From an uncultured SAR86 cluster bacterium (GTDB lineage Bacteria; Pseudomonadota; Gammaproteobacteria; Magnimaribacterales; TMED112), in contig CABZLG010000004.1 in assembly GCA_902526535.1 (NCBI GenBank), forward strand, positions 1,815 through 65,814: a stretch of DNA of 64,000 bases. The letters run 5' to 3'. This document shows positions 1 to 9,294 of this stretch, in pieces (the stretch's first letter is position 1; every line of letters starts with the position of its first letter). The notes beneath the pieces were generated by a model, which ran no database searches, had not been told where the DNA came from, and saw only the letters and a program-made list of their open reading frames with translations. A program made the translations under genes and the position numbers.

Positions 1-109
1 CATTTTTACCTTTGAATCTATATAAATAGGTATCAAGTTTTTCAAGAGAGAGTCTATCAAGAACGCTTTGGAATCGATTGTCTATTTTCTTTAATTTTTC
101 TTGATCCAT
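1..109 (-). CDS. hypothetical protein, N-terminal fragment running off the window start
   Basis: The ATG at 109..107 overlaps the stop of the upstream SDR gene (TAATG). The reverse frame stays open for 36 codons (MDQEKLKKIDNRFQSVLDRLSLEKLDTYLYRFKGKN...) to the window edge. No family recognised. Confidence 0.35.
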   Translation of the reverse strand, partial: MDQEKLKKIDNRFQSVLDRLSLEKLDTYLYRFKGKN

Positions 110-861
110 TATTGAGCTGACAAACCTCCGTCGATAACAAGTTCTGTGCCTGTAATCATCTTTGATTCATCAGATGCCAGAAATAAAATTCCATTAGCAA
201 CATCTATTGATTCTGCAAATTTTCTTATAGGTATTTGTTTTTCTAACTTTCCCAATAACTCCTCGCTAGCATTTTCAAAAAAAGCTTGCATCATTTCTGT
301 CTTAGCAAATACAGGGTGTATGCTGTTACACCTCACTAGATCAGTTGTTCTTGCGCAATGCAAAGCCACAGACTTTGATAAATGTCTTACACCTGCTTTA
401 GCACTGTTATAAGCAGCAAAATTATGACCAGCAACTATACCAGATATGGAGGAAATATTTATGATCGAGCCATTTCCTGATTTTCTCATTAATGGCAAGG
501 CATATTTACATCCTAAAAATACTGAATCTAAGTCTACTTTATGAACAAGCTCCCAATCTTCCTCACTTGTTGACTCAACATCAGATATAAAACCTATACC
601 AGCATTGTTGACTAAAATATTTAAATTGCCAGCTTTACTTTCAATTCCATTTATAACCTCCTCCCACCTTTTCGAATCAGTTACATCATGCTCAAAAAAA
701 TCTATATCTAATTCCTTAGCTACAGTCTTTCCACGTTCAGAATTTATATCACTTATAAAAATACTTGCGCCATGCTCTTTAAACAAACGAGCTGTTTCTT
801 TACCAAATCCAGAGGCTCCTCCCGTGATAAGTGCTACTTTATCTTTTAATCTCATTTCCAT
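109..861 (-). CDS. short-chain dehydrogenase/reductase (SDR) family oxidoreductase
   Basis: 250-aa ORF with Rossmann motif TGGASGFG, NNAG, and catalytic Y-x3-K (YNSAK). Confidence 0.85.
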   Translation of the reverse strand: MEMRLKDKVALITGGASGFGKETARLFKEHGASIFISDINSERGKTVAKELDIDFFEHDVTDSKRWEEVINGIESKAGNLNILVNNAGIGFISDVESTSEEDWELVHKVDLDSVFLGCKYALPLMRKSGNGSIINISSISGIVAGHNFAAYNSAKAGVRHLSKSVALHCARTTDLVRCNSIHPVFAKTEMMQAFFENASEELLGKLEKQIPIRKFAESIDVANGILFLASDESKMITGTELVIDGGLSAQ

Positions 862-1379
862 TATTCAACTATTGAAGCTTTTAAAATACGGATTGGTTCT
901 ACTGGCACATCTGAGTGTGGTGGAAAAACTCCTGTCTCAGTCATTGCTATTTTATCAACAACTTCCATTCCCTCTGAAACTTTTCCAAAAACTGCATACC
1001 CCCATCCCCTAGATGTTTCAGAAGTATGATTTAAAGTAAAATTATTTTGTAAATTTATAAAAAATTGTGATGAGGCTGAATGAGGTTCTGCAGTTCTAGC
1101 CATTGCAATAGTTCCTCTCTCATTTTTTAAGCCATTATTTGCTTCATTTTGAATAGGCTGAAGATCTCTATCTTTTATTGACATGTCTTCATTATGGCCA
1201 CCACCTTGAATTACAAAATTTTCTATTACTCTGTGAAAAATAGTTTGATCGTAAAAACCAGATTCAATATATTTAACAAAATTTTCAGTTGTAATAGGTG
1301 CTAACTCTTTATTTAGTTCTATTTTTATTTCTCCAAGAGAAGTAGTTAAAAGTACTGTAACAATTCCTTCTTTAATCAT
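861..1379 (-). CDS. ppiB: cyclophilin-type peptidyl-prolyl cis-trans isomerase (cytoplasmic form, no signal peptide)
   Basis: 172 aa with cyclophilin signatures FHRVIENFVIQGG and MARTAEPHSASSQFFINL. It overlaps the SDR start by 1 nt. Confidence 0.85.
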   Translation of the reverse strand: MIKEGIVTVLLTTSLGEIKIELNKELAPITTENFVKYIESGFYDQTIFHRVIENFVIQGGGHNEDMSIKDRDLQPIQNEANNGLKNERGTIAMARTAEPHSASSQFFINLQNNFTLNHTSETSRGWGYAVFGKVSEGMEVVDKIAMTETGVFPPHSDVPVEPIRILKASIVE

Positions 1380-1608
1380 CTTTGTTGCTCCTTCGTTTTT
1401 TTAAATAAATATAAATTGCCTCTGGAACCCCAAAAAGATTTACCAGTATAAAAAATACAAACCAGAATTTTTCACCTCGTCTAGCTGATATCCACAGTGC
1501 AAAAGCTTTTAATATAGTTGCTAAGATTATTATTGGAATATAGAGGTAAAAGAAATTTGGCATCTCAAATAATGTCTCTAGGTTTCGAACTGGACTATAT
1601 CCCATCAT
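1372..1608 (-). CDS. small two-TM membrane protein (PLDc_N/DUF5652-like)
   Basis: 78 aa with two hydrophobic helices and a basic C-terminal tail (YIYLKKRRSNK). 8-nt overlap with the ppiB start. Confidence 0.5.
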   Translation of the reverse strand: MMGYSPVRNLETLFEMPNFFYLYIPIIILATILKAFALWISARRGEKFWFVFFILVNLFGVPEAIYIYLKKRRSNKDD

Positions 1609-1642
1609 CTATTCATTTTACCATTTATTGATTTTTTAATAA

Positions 1643-2422
1643 TTAAAAATAAATCTCGCCTTGCAAATAAAGTTTTGCCTTACCAGTTATTTCTACATGA
1701 TTTTCTAAAACTTCACAGATTAACTCGCCTCCCCTTTTAGATGCTTGTCTCGCTTTCATTTTTTTTAAATTAAGAACATCGCTCCAATAAGTTGCCAGTA
1801 AAACATGTGCAGATCCAGTCACTGGATCTTCATCAACCCCTACATTTGGACTAAATACTCTTGAGGTAAAATCAGTAGCTATGCCTCTAGCAGAGACGAT
1901 TAAACCTCTCGAATCTAATTCCGCAATTTTTTCTATATTCGGATTAATTTTTTCAACAATTTTTTCATCTTTTACAATCGCAAGAAAATCATCAGTACCC
2001 CTAAAAACCTCAGTTACCTGACAATTTAGTGCATCAGAAATTCTCTCAGCAACATCTACCTTTTTTGGTTGATCTTTAGGTAGTGACATTACTAATGAAT
2101 CCTCTTTTTTGATTATCTTTAGTTCGCCTCTGTTAGAGTTAAAAATGGTGTCTGTTGCATTTTTATCTATAAAGTTGAAGAAAATAAATGCTGAAGCTAA
2201 AGTTGCATGTCCACATAAATCTACTTCTATTGTTGGACTATAAAATTTAACTTCATTTTCTTTGGCAGTATTTATAAATGCTGTTTCGGAAAGATTATTT
2301 TCAAATGCTATATTTTGCATTGTGTTTCCATCTATTTCACCTTGATGGAAAACAACACCAGCGGCATTCCCTGAAAAAGTTTTTTCAGTAAATGTGTCTA
2401 CAAAATATATTGTTTGATTCAT
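1643..2422 (-). CDS. PhzF-family isomerase/epimerase-like protein
   Basis: The ORF-track entry 1643..2515 is trimmed to the internal ATG at 2422 (MNQTIYFVDTFTEKTFSGNAAGVV...) because residues 1-31 translate tRNA-Ala. It has the PhzF-like N-terminal FxGNxAxV motif and the right length (259 aa). Confidence 0.8.
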   Translation of the reverse strand: MNQTIYFVDTFTEKTFSGNAAGVVFHQGEIDGNTMQNIAFENNLSETAFINTAKENEVKFYSPTIEVDLCGHATLASAFIFFNFIDKNATDTIFNSNRGELKIIKKEDSLVMSLPKDQPKKVDVAERISDALNCQVTEVFRGTDDFLAIVKDEKIVEKINPNIEKIAELDSRGLIVSARGIATDFTSRVFSPNVGVDEDPVTGSAHVLLATYWSDVLNLKKMKARQASKRGGELICEVLENHVEITGKAKLYLQGEIYF

Positions 2423-2429
2423 TTTAAAA

Positions 2430-2505
2430 TGGTGGAGCTGAGGAGAATCGAACTCCTGACCCCCTGCGTGCAAAGCAGGTGCTCTCCCAGCTGAGCTACA
2501 GCCCC
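2430..2505 (-). tRNA. tRNA-Ala (anticodon UGC)
   Basis: The reverse complement reads GGGGCTGTAGCTCAGCTGGGAGAGCACCTGCTTTGCACGCAGGGGGTCAGGAGTTCGATTCTCCTCAGCTCCACCA. It forms a cloverleaf with anticodon loop TTTGCAC, a G3:U70-type Ala acceptor stem, and an encoded CCA. Confidence 0.95.
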
Positions 2506-2575
2506 ACAAGAACACAAATAATATATAGCATTCTTGTTAATTACAACATCCTAGAGTTAAAATGCTTAATCTGTT

Positions 2576-4159
2576 ATGTCTAAATTACTTGAAATAAAAA
2601 ACTTGTCTGTAGATTTTAAGTTACGAGAAAATATTTTTAGAGCAGTAGATAATATTTCGTTTGAGATTAATAGAAATCAAACATTAGCGTTAGTTGGCGA
2701 ATCAGGTTCTGGAAAATCTGTAACAGCTATGTCAATTCTAAAACTTCTTCCTTATCCAAAGGCAATGCATCCAAAGAATTCAAAAATAATATTTGAGGGG
2801 AAAAATATTTTAGAATTCGACAACAAAAGCCTAAGGCAAGTAAGGGGGAATATTGTATCAATGATTTTTCAAGAGCCTATGACATCATTAAATCCATTTC
2901 ATCGAGTTGGTGATCAAATTATTGAAGCTATTATCACTCATAGTAAAACCTCTAAAAAGGAGGCAAAGAATAATGCATTTGAATTATTAGATCTTGTTGA
3001 AATCCCCGATCTCTCAAGAAGATTTAAATCTTTTCCTCATGAACTTTCAGGAGGTCAAAGACAAAGAGTTATGATTGCTATGGCTTTAGTAAATAATCCG
3101 AAACTACTTATTGCAGATGAACCTACAACTGCGTTAGATGTAACAATTCAAGCACAAATACTAGACTTAATGTCTAAACTTCAAAAAGAACTTGGTATGT
3201 CAATTCTTTTCATTACTCATGACCTTGGTCTTGTTGATAAATTTTCTGACAAAGTAGCAGTAATGAAGGAGGGAAAGATTGTTGAAATAGGTGAAACAAA
3301 AAGAGTTTTTGCTAATCCTAAAGAGGGATACACTAAACTTCTCCTTGCATCAATTCCAAAAGAAAAAACTAAAATTAAATCAGAACTCAAACCTTTAGTT
3401 GAAATAAATGATCTTGATGTTTTTTATAGAATCGAGTCTCAAAATATTTTTAAAGAAAATTATTTTCATGCAGTAAAAAATGTAAATCTTAAAATAAACA
3501 AAAAAACCACTATTGGTCTTGTTGGAGAGTCAGGTTCGGGCAAATCTACACTTGGAAGGGCTATTGCCAATTTACTTCCTTATAAAGGTTCAGTTATTTT
3601 TGATGGAAAGGAAATTTCATCTATTAAAGATCGAAGCGTCAGAAAAGATATCCAAATTATTTTTCAAGACCCTTATGGATCACTTTCCCCAAGACTTACT
3701 GTAGGAGATATTATCGGAGAAGGTTTAGATATTCATATGAATCTGAGTAAAAAAGAACGAAATGGTTTGATAGAACAAACCATGAGGGAGGTTGAGCTTG
3801 ATCCAAAATATAGATTCAAATATCCACATGAGTTTTCAGGAGGTCAGCGACAAAGAATAGCTATAGCTAGATCAATAATACTTAAACCTAAATTTATTAT
3901 TTTAGATGAGCCAACTTCTGCGCTGGATAGGTCTATTCAGATTCAAATTATTGATTTACTAAAATCACTTCAAGAGAAATACAGTTTGACTTATTTGTTT
4001 ATAAGTCATGATTTGAAAGTAATTAGAGCAATGTCTGACAGGATTCTTGTAATGCAAGACGGCGAAATGATTGAAGAAGGCAATGCCAAATCTATTTTTG
4101 AAAAACCCAAAGAAGAATATACTAGAGAGCTTTTATCTGCAGCAATCAAATATTCTTAA
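2576..4159 (+). CDS. peptide/opine-type ABC transporter ATP-binding protein with two fused ATPase domains (YejF-like)
   Basis: 527 aa with two Walker A motifs (GESGSGKS x2), two LSGGQRQR signatures and two Walker B motifs. Confidence 0.9.
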   Translation: MSKLLEIKNLSVDFKLRENIFRAVDNISFEINRNQTLALVGESGSGKSVTAMSILKLLPYPKAMHPKNSKIIFEGKNILEFDNKSLRQVRGNIVSMIFQEPMTSLNPFHRVGDQIIEAIITHSKTSKKEAKNNAFELLDLVEIPDLSRRFKSFPHELSGGQRQRVMIAMALVNNPKLLIADEPTTALDVTIQAQILDLMSKLQKELGMSILFITHDLGLVDKFSDKVAVMKEGKIVEIGETKRVFANPKEGYTKLLLASIPKEKTKIKSELKPLVEINDLDVFYRIESQNIFKENYFHAVKNVNLKINKKTTIGLVGESGSGKSTLGRAIANLLPYKGSVIFDGKEISSIKDRSVRKDIQIIFQDPYGSLSPRLTVGDIIGEGLDIHMNLSKKERNGLIEQTMREVELDPKYRFKYPHEFSGGQRQRIAIARSIILKPKFIILDEPTSALDRSIQIQIIDLLKSLQEKYSLTYLFISHDLKVIRAMSDRILVMQDGEMIEEGNAKSIFEKPKEEYTRELLSAAIKYS

Positions 4160-4167
4160 TCTGAATC

Positions 4168-5019
4168 CTAATCTGAAGAGGTTTTTGGATCTAAAGCATC
4201 TCTAAGGCCATCACCAAAAAAGTTTAGAGAAAATAATGTCATGGTGAAGGTAATTCCAGGAAAAACTAAAAGCCACCAGTATTCTTCCATAGATTCAACA
4301 CCATATCTTATTAGTGTTCCCCAGCTGCTCATTGGTGGTTGAATCCCTAACCCTAAGAAACTTAAAAAAGCTTCTAGAAGCATTACTTGTGGAATAGTTA
4401 AAGTAGCATAGACTGCAATTGGTCCTAGAACATTTGGGAAAATATGTCTTCTAAACATATAAAAATTTGATACTCCCATTGCTTTTGCTGAGAGAACATA
4501 TTCTTGGTTTTTTATACTCAACACCTGCCCCCTTATTATTCTTGCCATTGTTAACCATTCAACTGCTCCAATAGCACCAAAAAGAAGCCAGATGTTTCTA
4601 CCAAATACAACCATTAATAAAATGATGAAAATTATGAAAGGTAAGCCATATAAAATATCTACTATTCTCATCATTACAGCATCTACTTTCCCTCCGTAGT
4701 AGCCAGAAACAATCCCCCAAGTAACACCTATAACTAAAGCTACAGCTGTTGCTACAAAACCAACCATTAGAGATACTCTAGAACCATAAAGAAGCCTGCT
4801 AAGAAGATCTCTTCCTAAAGTATCAGTACCCAATAAATGTGCGCTTGAAGGAGCTGATGCTCCAAGTTCTAAATTTTGGTAATCATATGTATATGGAGAT
4901 ATAACTGGAGCTAAAATAGCTAAAATAATCAGAGATACAAGAATAAATACCCCAAACATTGCTGCTCTGTTTTTCAAAAGCTTCCTTAAAGCATCAGACC
5001 ATAAAGATGAATTGCTCAT
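4168..5019 (-). CDS. ABC peptide transporter permease (OppC/DppC/YejE-like)
   Basis: 283 aa, polytopic, with a binding-protein-dependent transport EAA-type loop (AKAMGVSNFYMFRRHIFPN). 4-nt overlap with the upstream permease. Confidence 0.85.
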   Translation of the reverse strand: MSNSSLWSDALRKLLKNRAAMFGVFILVSLIILAILAPVISPYTYDYQNLELGASAPSSAHLLGTDTLGRDLLSRLLYGSRVSLMVGFVATAVALVIGVTWGIVSGYYGGKVDAVMMRIVDILYGLPFIIFIILLMVVFGRNIWLLFGAIGAVEWLTMARIIRGQVLSIKNQEYVLSAKAMGVSNFYMFRRHIFPNVLGPIAVYATLTIPQVMLLEAFLSFLGLGIQPPMSSWGTLIRYGVESMEEYWWLLVFPGITFTMTLFSLNFFGDGLRDALDPKTSSD

Positions 5020-5936
5020 GAATCTCTTGCCCTAGGATTCAAAATTAAAACTAATATATCTGAAACTAAATTAAAAAATATAATCATTGCAGAGAAAAAT
5101 ATTGTTGTACCCAATATCATTGTGTAATCTCGATTGAAAGCTGCTTCTACATAAAATTTCCCTAAACCAGGAATTTGGAAAATTGTTTCTACTACAAAAG
5201 AACCAGCTAAAAGACCTGCAATAGCTGGTCCTAAAAAAGATACAACAGGTAAAATGCCGCCCTGCAAAGCATGGTTAATTACAACCTGTCTTTCAGTAAG
5301 TCCTTTAGCTCTTGCTGTTCTAATAAAGTCTTGGCCTAATATTTCTATCATTCCTCCTCTTCCTAATCTGGCAATATATGCTGCATAAGCAGCACCTAAA
5401 GTAATTGAAGGAAGAACCTTGTCTCCAGGGAGGGTATCCCAACCTGATACTGGAAGAAGTTCAAAATTAATTCCAAAAATAAGAACTAAGAAAGGACCTA
5501 ATAGGAACGTAGGCACGCATATTCCAAGCATGGCAACAGCCATTGGAAAATAATCAAGGAAGGTATTTCTTTTTAAAGCAGCAATTGTTCCAGACAAAAG
5601 ACCAATAAAAAGCGCAAATAAAATTGCATAGAAAGCTAACTCAAAAGTCACAGGTAGTCCTGTGGAAATCATTTCAGTTACTGTTCTTCCTGGGTATCTA
5701 AAAGATGGACCAAAATCACCAACCAGTATATTGGAAAAGTAATCAAAGAATTGCTCATATAGAGGTGCATTAAGGTTATAGACTTCATTAAGATTATCAA
5801 TTACTTCTTGGGGAAGTTTTTTTTCTGCATCAAATGGCCCTCCTGGAGCCAGTCTTGTTAGAAAGAAAGTTATACTCGCGACAATTATTAATACTGGAAT
5901 TGCAATTAGAATTCTTCTAAGAATTATTCCAATCAT
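5016..5936 (-). CDS. ABC peptide transporter permease (OppB/DppB/YejB-like)
   Basis: 306 aa, polytopic, with EAA loop TARAKGLTERQVVINHALQ. Confidence 0.85.
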   Translation of the reverse strand: MIGIILRRILIAIPVLIIVASITFFLTRLAPGGPFDAEKKLPQEVIDNLNEVYNLNAPLYEQFFDYFSNILVGDFGPSFRYPGRTVTEMISTGLPVTFELAFYAILFALFIGLLSGTIAALKRNTFLDYFPMAVAMLGICVPTFLLGPFLVLIFGINFELLPVSGWDTLPGDKVLPSITLGAAYAAYIARLGRGGMIEILGQDFIRTARAKGLTERQVVINHALQGGILPVVSFLGPAIAGLLAGSFVVETIFQIPGLGKFYVEAAFNRDYTMILGTTIFFSAMIIFFNLVSDILVLILNPRARDS

Positions 5937-5940
5937 TAAA

Positions 5941-7554
5941 TTAGTCTCTCTCTAAATAAACAAACTTTGGATGATGATGATCAAGAATATTAGCATCCCA
6001 ACCTTTTACATCAGGATGAATTTGAAATTGCTTGACATAGGTATAGATTGGAATGATTGGCATCTCATTAATTAATATTCGCTCTGCCTCCATCAACTTT
6101 TTATATCTATCTTCTTGATCAGAAGTTCTATTAGCCTCTGCAACTAATTTTTCATATTCATAGTTTGTCCAACCTGTTTGATTATTCCCTCTTCCTGGTC
6201 TCATTATTTCAAGAAATGTATTTGGATCTTGATAGTCTCCTATCCATCCAGCTCTTGAAATTTGATAGTCTAAATTATCTTGTCTGCTTAAATAAACTTT
6301 CCAATCAGTATTGTAAATTTCAACATTTATACCTAAATTAACCTTCCACATTTGTTGGATTACTTCAGCTATCTTTCTATGGCCCTCCTGAGTGTTAAAT
6401 AGAATTTCAATTGTTGGAAATCCCTCTCCATTTGGATATCCTGCTTCTGTTAATAATTGTTTAGCCATCTCAGGATTAAATTCAACTACTGTATCAGGGT
6501 AGTATTCTGATGTTCCTGGAGGAGTAAAAGAGTATGCAGTTTTTTGCCCACATTTAGATACTTTTTCAACAATTAATTTCCTGTTAATACCCATTGCTAA
6601 TGCTTTTCTTACTCTCGAATCTGATAAATGAGGCAAAGTCGTATTCACTCTGTAATAATAAGTACCCATATAAGGATCAATTCTTAAGGAAGGGTTTTTA
6701 TTTTCGAGATAAACAGGACATTTCTCTTGTGGCACTACATTTGTGACGTGTAGAGCACCTGCCCTAAACATTCTATCTTCTGTAGATTCATTTTGAATTG
6801 GGTAGTAATGAATTTCATTTAGTTTAACTCTATTTGCATCCCAGTAAAATTCATTTTTCTCTACAACAATCTTTTTATTTAGCTCCCAACTTTTTAACTT
6901 CATTGGACCATTACAAACATGATTTCCAGGCCTTGTCCATTTCATACTCCTATCATCCATTTCACCAAATTTCAAAACCGTTTCTTTATGTACTGGCCAT
7001 GTCGAGTAATGAGCAAGTAGACCTACAAAAAATGGTGTTTGGTTTTCAAGTTCGACTTCGAGTTTGTAATCTGAAATTGCTTTCACACCAACTTCAGAAA
7101 AGTCACTAATTTCGCCATCATAAAATTCTTTTGCATTTTTCACATAAAAAAGCATTTCTGAATATTGTGATCCAAGTGTTGGAGTTAATGCTCTTTGCCA
7201 AGACCAAACAAAATCTTCAGGTGTGACGCGATCTCCATTTGACCATCTAGCATTTGGATTGAAATTAAAAACATATGTTTTTTGATCTTCTTTGAGAGTC
7301 CAACTTTCTGCAACCCCAGGCAGGTTATCTCTTCCACCTTTAGGATCAGTTATTGTAAGGCCCTCACAAACACCAATTAAAATATGATGTTCCGGTACAC
7401 CTGTAACAATATGTGGGTCAATACCTTGTGGTTCACTACCGTTTCCCCAATGTAAAATTTGACTTTCAAGTCCCTCTTCAACTGGAGTTTTTCCGCTTGA
7501 GCAACTTACTATTATGAATATGGATAATATAGAGATGAAATTTTTCATAAACAA
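5941..7554 (-). CDS. ABC transporter substrate-binding lipoprotein, family 5 (peptide/oligopeptide)
   Basis: 537 aa. The signal peptide has a lipobox (IIVSC). The length and sequence are typical of OppA/DppA/YejA-type binding proteins. It heads the permease genes. Confidence 0.8.
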   Translation of the reverse strand: MFMKNFISILSIFIIVSCSSGKTPVEEGLESQILHWGNGSEPQGIDPHIVTGVPEHHILIGVCEGLTITDPKGGRDNLPGVAESWTLKEDQKTYVFNFNPNARWSNGDRVTPEDFVWSWQRALTPTLGSQYSEMLFYVKNAKEFYDGEISDFSEVGVKAISDYKLEVELENQTPFFVGLLAHYSTWPVHKETVLKFGEMDDRSMKWTRPGNHVCNGPMKLKSWELNKKIVVEKNEFYWDANRVKLNEIHYYPIQNESTEDRMFRAGALHVTNVVPQEKCPVYLENKNPSLRIDPYMGTYYYRVNTTLPHLSDSRVRKALAMGINRKLIVEKVSKCGQKTAYSFTPPGTSEYYPDTVVEFNPEMAKQLLTEAGYPNGEGFPTIEILFNTQEGHRKIAEVIQQMWKVNLGINVEIYNTDWKVYLSRQDNLDYQISRAGWIGDYQDPNTFLEIMRPGRGNNQTGWTNYEYEKLVAEANRTSDQEDRYKKLMEAERILINEMPIIPIYTYVKQFQIHPDVKGWDANILDHHHPKFVYLERD

Positions 7555-7579
7555 AGGTTAAACCCTTATTATATTAGTA

Positions 7580-7984
7580 TCAATCTACGAAATGCTTTTC
7601 TTTTTCTTCGTTTATTGATTTTACTTCTGCACAAAATTCCGCTGTTGGCCTAGAAATAAGTCTCTCCAAGCCTATAGGATCACCAGTCTCTAAACAGTAG
7701 CCATAATCACCAGCTTTTATTCTAAGAAGGGCTTTATCGATTTTAGGCAGAAGTTTAGACTCACGTTCAACTATTCTGAGAAATAACATAGAATCTATTT
7801 CATGTTGTGCACGATCCACTTCATCGCTGCAAGCAGGCGGATTACTAAGTCTATCTTTAGCGTCTTTTATATGTTTTAAAGTCTCTTTTTTAAGTTCGTT
7901 AAGCTGACTTTTGAAAAAGGACAACTGTTCTTTATCCATATAATTTTTCTTAGCAGCTCTTAAAATTTTTTCTTTTGTAAGCAT
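7580..7984 (-). CDS. dksA: DksA-family RNA polymerase-binding transcription factor, two-Cys (zinc-independent type) variant
   Basis: 134 aa with a coiled-coil N-terminal half carrying acidic tip residues (DEVDRA). The C-terminal motif is YGYCLETGDPIGLERLISRPTAEFCAEV, i.e. CxxT-x17-CxxV instead of CxxC-x17-CxxC. Confidence 0.8.
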   Translation of the reverse strand: MLTKEKILRAAKKNYMDKEQLSFFKSQLNELKKETLKHIKDAKDRLSNPPACSDEVDRAQHEIDSMLFLRIVERESKLLPKIDKALLRIKAGDYGYCLETGDPIGLERLISRPTAEFCAEVKSINEEKEKHFVD

Positions 7985-8042
7985 AATGTGAACGGATATT
8001 TTATGTTTGAATTTAAAAATTTCAACTAATTCTTAAGATTAA

Positions 8043-9284
8043 TTACTTAGATTTCACAACACTGACACTTTTAGAAATACCGAAACCAAGATACATAAGA
8101 TAAATTCCAAGAGGGACAATGGCTAGTGGAGCTATATAGGCAACCATCCCTAAAGAAAACAACATATTAAAAAGCAGACCTCCTGAGGCATCACCAAATC
8201 TATTAGTGAATGTATCAATGAAAACTGTAGATTTATATTTTTCTTTTGAATTAAGTGTGGTGTAGACAGCTTCACGAGCTGGTTTATTTAACGCATACTC
8301 AAATGGTCGCATCACTCCTTGCAAGATTAGAAAAATAAGTACCCCAGAAGATGCCAATAAGTAATCAGATAAATATCCTGAAACAGCGAGGAAAGCCAAA
8401 GAAAATATCAAACCATAGATAGTAAGGACAAATTTTATCCCAAGAAAATTGGATCTAAGAATTAAAGCGGTAAGAAATACTTGAACGAATAAAGTGATTA
8501 AAGGAACAATTGAGTCTGCTCTTCCAAATATCCTAGTTTTTTCAGCTGAATCGTTTGTGTAGTTGTTGATAATTTCAAGTTGAAAAAACCAAAGTGCTGT
8601 TGATAGACACGTCCAAACGAACGCGTAAATAACAAACTGCCTGATCAAAGGATTCGTTCTTATTTGTGAAAACTGCTCAAGTGTGCTCGATAGAGTATTA
8701 TCTCCTGATGTGTTTAAAACAATCTCCTCTCTTTGAACACGAGATGAAAAGAAAATTGCAAGTAATAAGGACGAAACTGCTATTAGGAGGGAAAGATTCT
8801 CCTTATCGTAAAGAAACCCATCAACTAAAGCACCTCCGCACGAAGCACCTAAAGAGCCAAATCCACTAATAATTCCAAAGAATTTTTTTCCATCTTCAAT
8901 ATCAAAAGAGTTAACAGTCATTGCCCAAAAAATAGCTACTACAAAAAAATTAAATACGTTGTACCAAACATAGAAAAATGTTTTAACAGCAAGAATTTCT
9001 GGAAAATAGTTATAAGTTAAGAAGAAACCACACAAACATAAAATAAAGAAACCATAAATAGATGGCACAAGTTTTGTAAGACGAACTTTAGAAACTATCA
9101 ATGAATAAATTGGGTTTACTAGCAACATAACAATAACAATTATTAGCAAATAAAATGGCAGATCACTAGTTCCAATATTAGCTGCTATTGTGTTTCTAAA
9201 TGGTCTTAGCACGAATAATGAAAAAAGAACGAAAAAGAAAAATAAACCCGAGAAAATAGTGTTCTTAGAAAAAAATGAAGTCAT
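8043..9284 (-). CDS. MFS-type transporter resembling the ATP:ADP antiporter (TLC/Npt1-Npt2) family
   Basis: About 12 TM helices. The N-terminal pattern FVLRPFRNTIAANIG...LPFYLL resembles the TLC/Npt-like family, judged from memory rather than a search. The start is set at the ATG at 9284; the ORF-track start at 9317 is a TTG that overlaps phoA. Confidence 0.5.
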   Translation of the reverse strand: MTSFFSKNTIFSGLFFFFVLFSLFVLRPFRNTIAANIGTSDLPFYLLIIVIVMLLVNPIYSLIVSKVRLTKLVPSIYGFFILCLCGFFLTYNYFPEILAVKTFFYVWYNVFNFFVVAIFWAMTVNSFDIEDGKKFFGIISGFGSLGASCGGALVDGFLYDKENLSLLIAVSSLLLAIFFSSRVQREEIVLNTSGDNTLSSTLEQFSQIRTNPLIRQFVIYAFVWTCLSTALWFFQLEIINNYTNDSAEKTRIFGRADSIVPLITLFVQVFLTALILRSNFLGIKFVLTIYGLIFSLAFLAVSGYLSDYLLASSGVLIFLILQGVMRPFEYALNKPAREAVYTTLNSKEKYKSTVFIDTFTNRFGDASGGLLFNMLFSLGMVAYIAPLAIVPLGIYLMYLGFGISKSVSVVKSK

Positions 9285-9294
9285 TATGAAATGC

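Noticed and set aside
2423-2515. N-terminal 31 codons of the ORF-track entry 1643..2515 (MFLWGCSSAGRAPALHAGGQEFDSPQLHHFK).
   Set aside because: This stretch is the antisense-frame translation of tRNA-Ala itself. The real PhzF-like start is the ATG at 2422.
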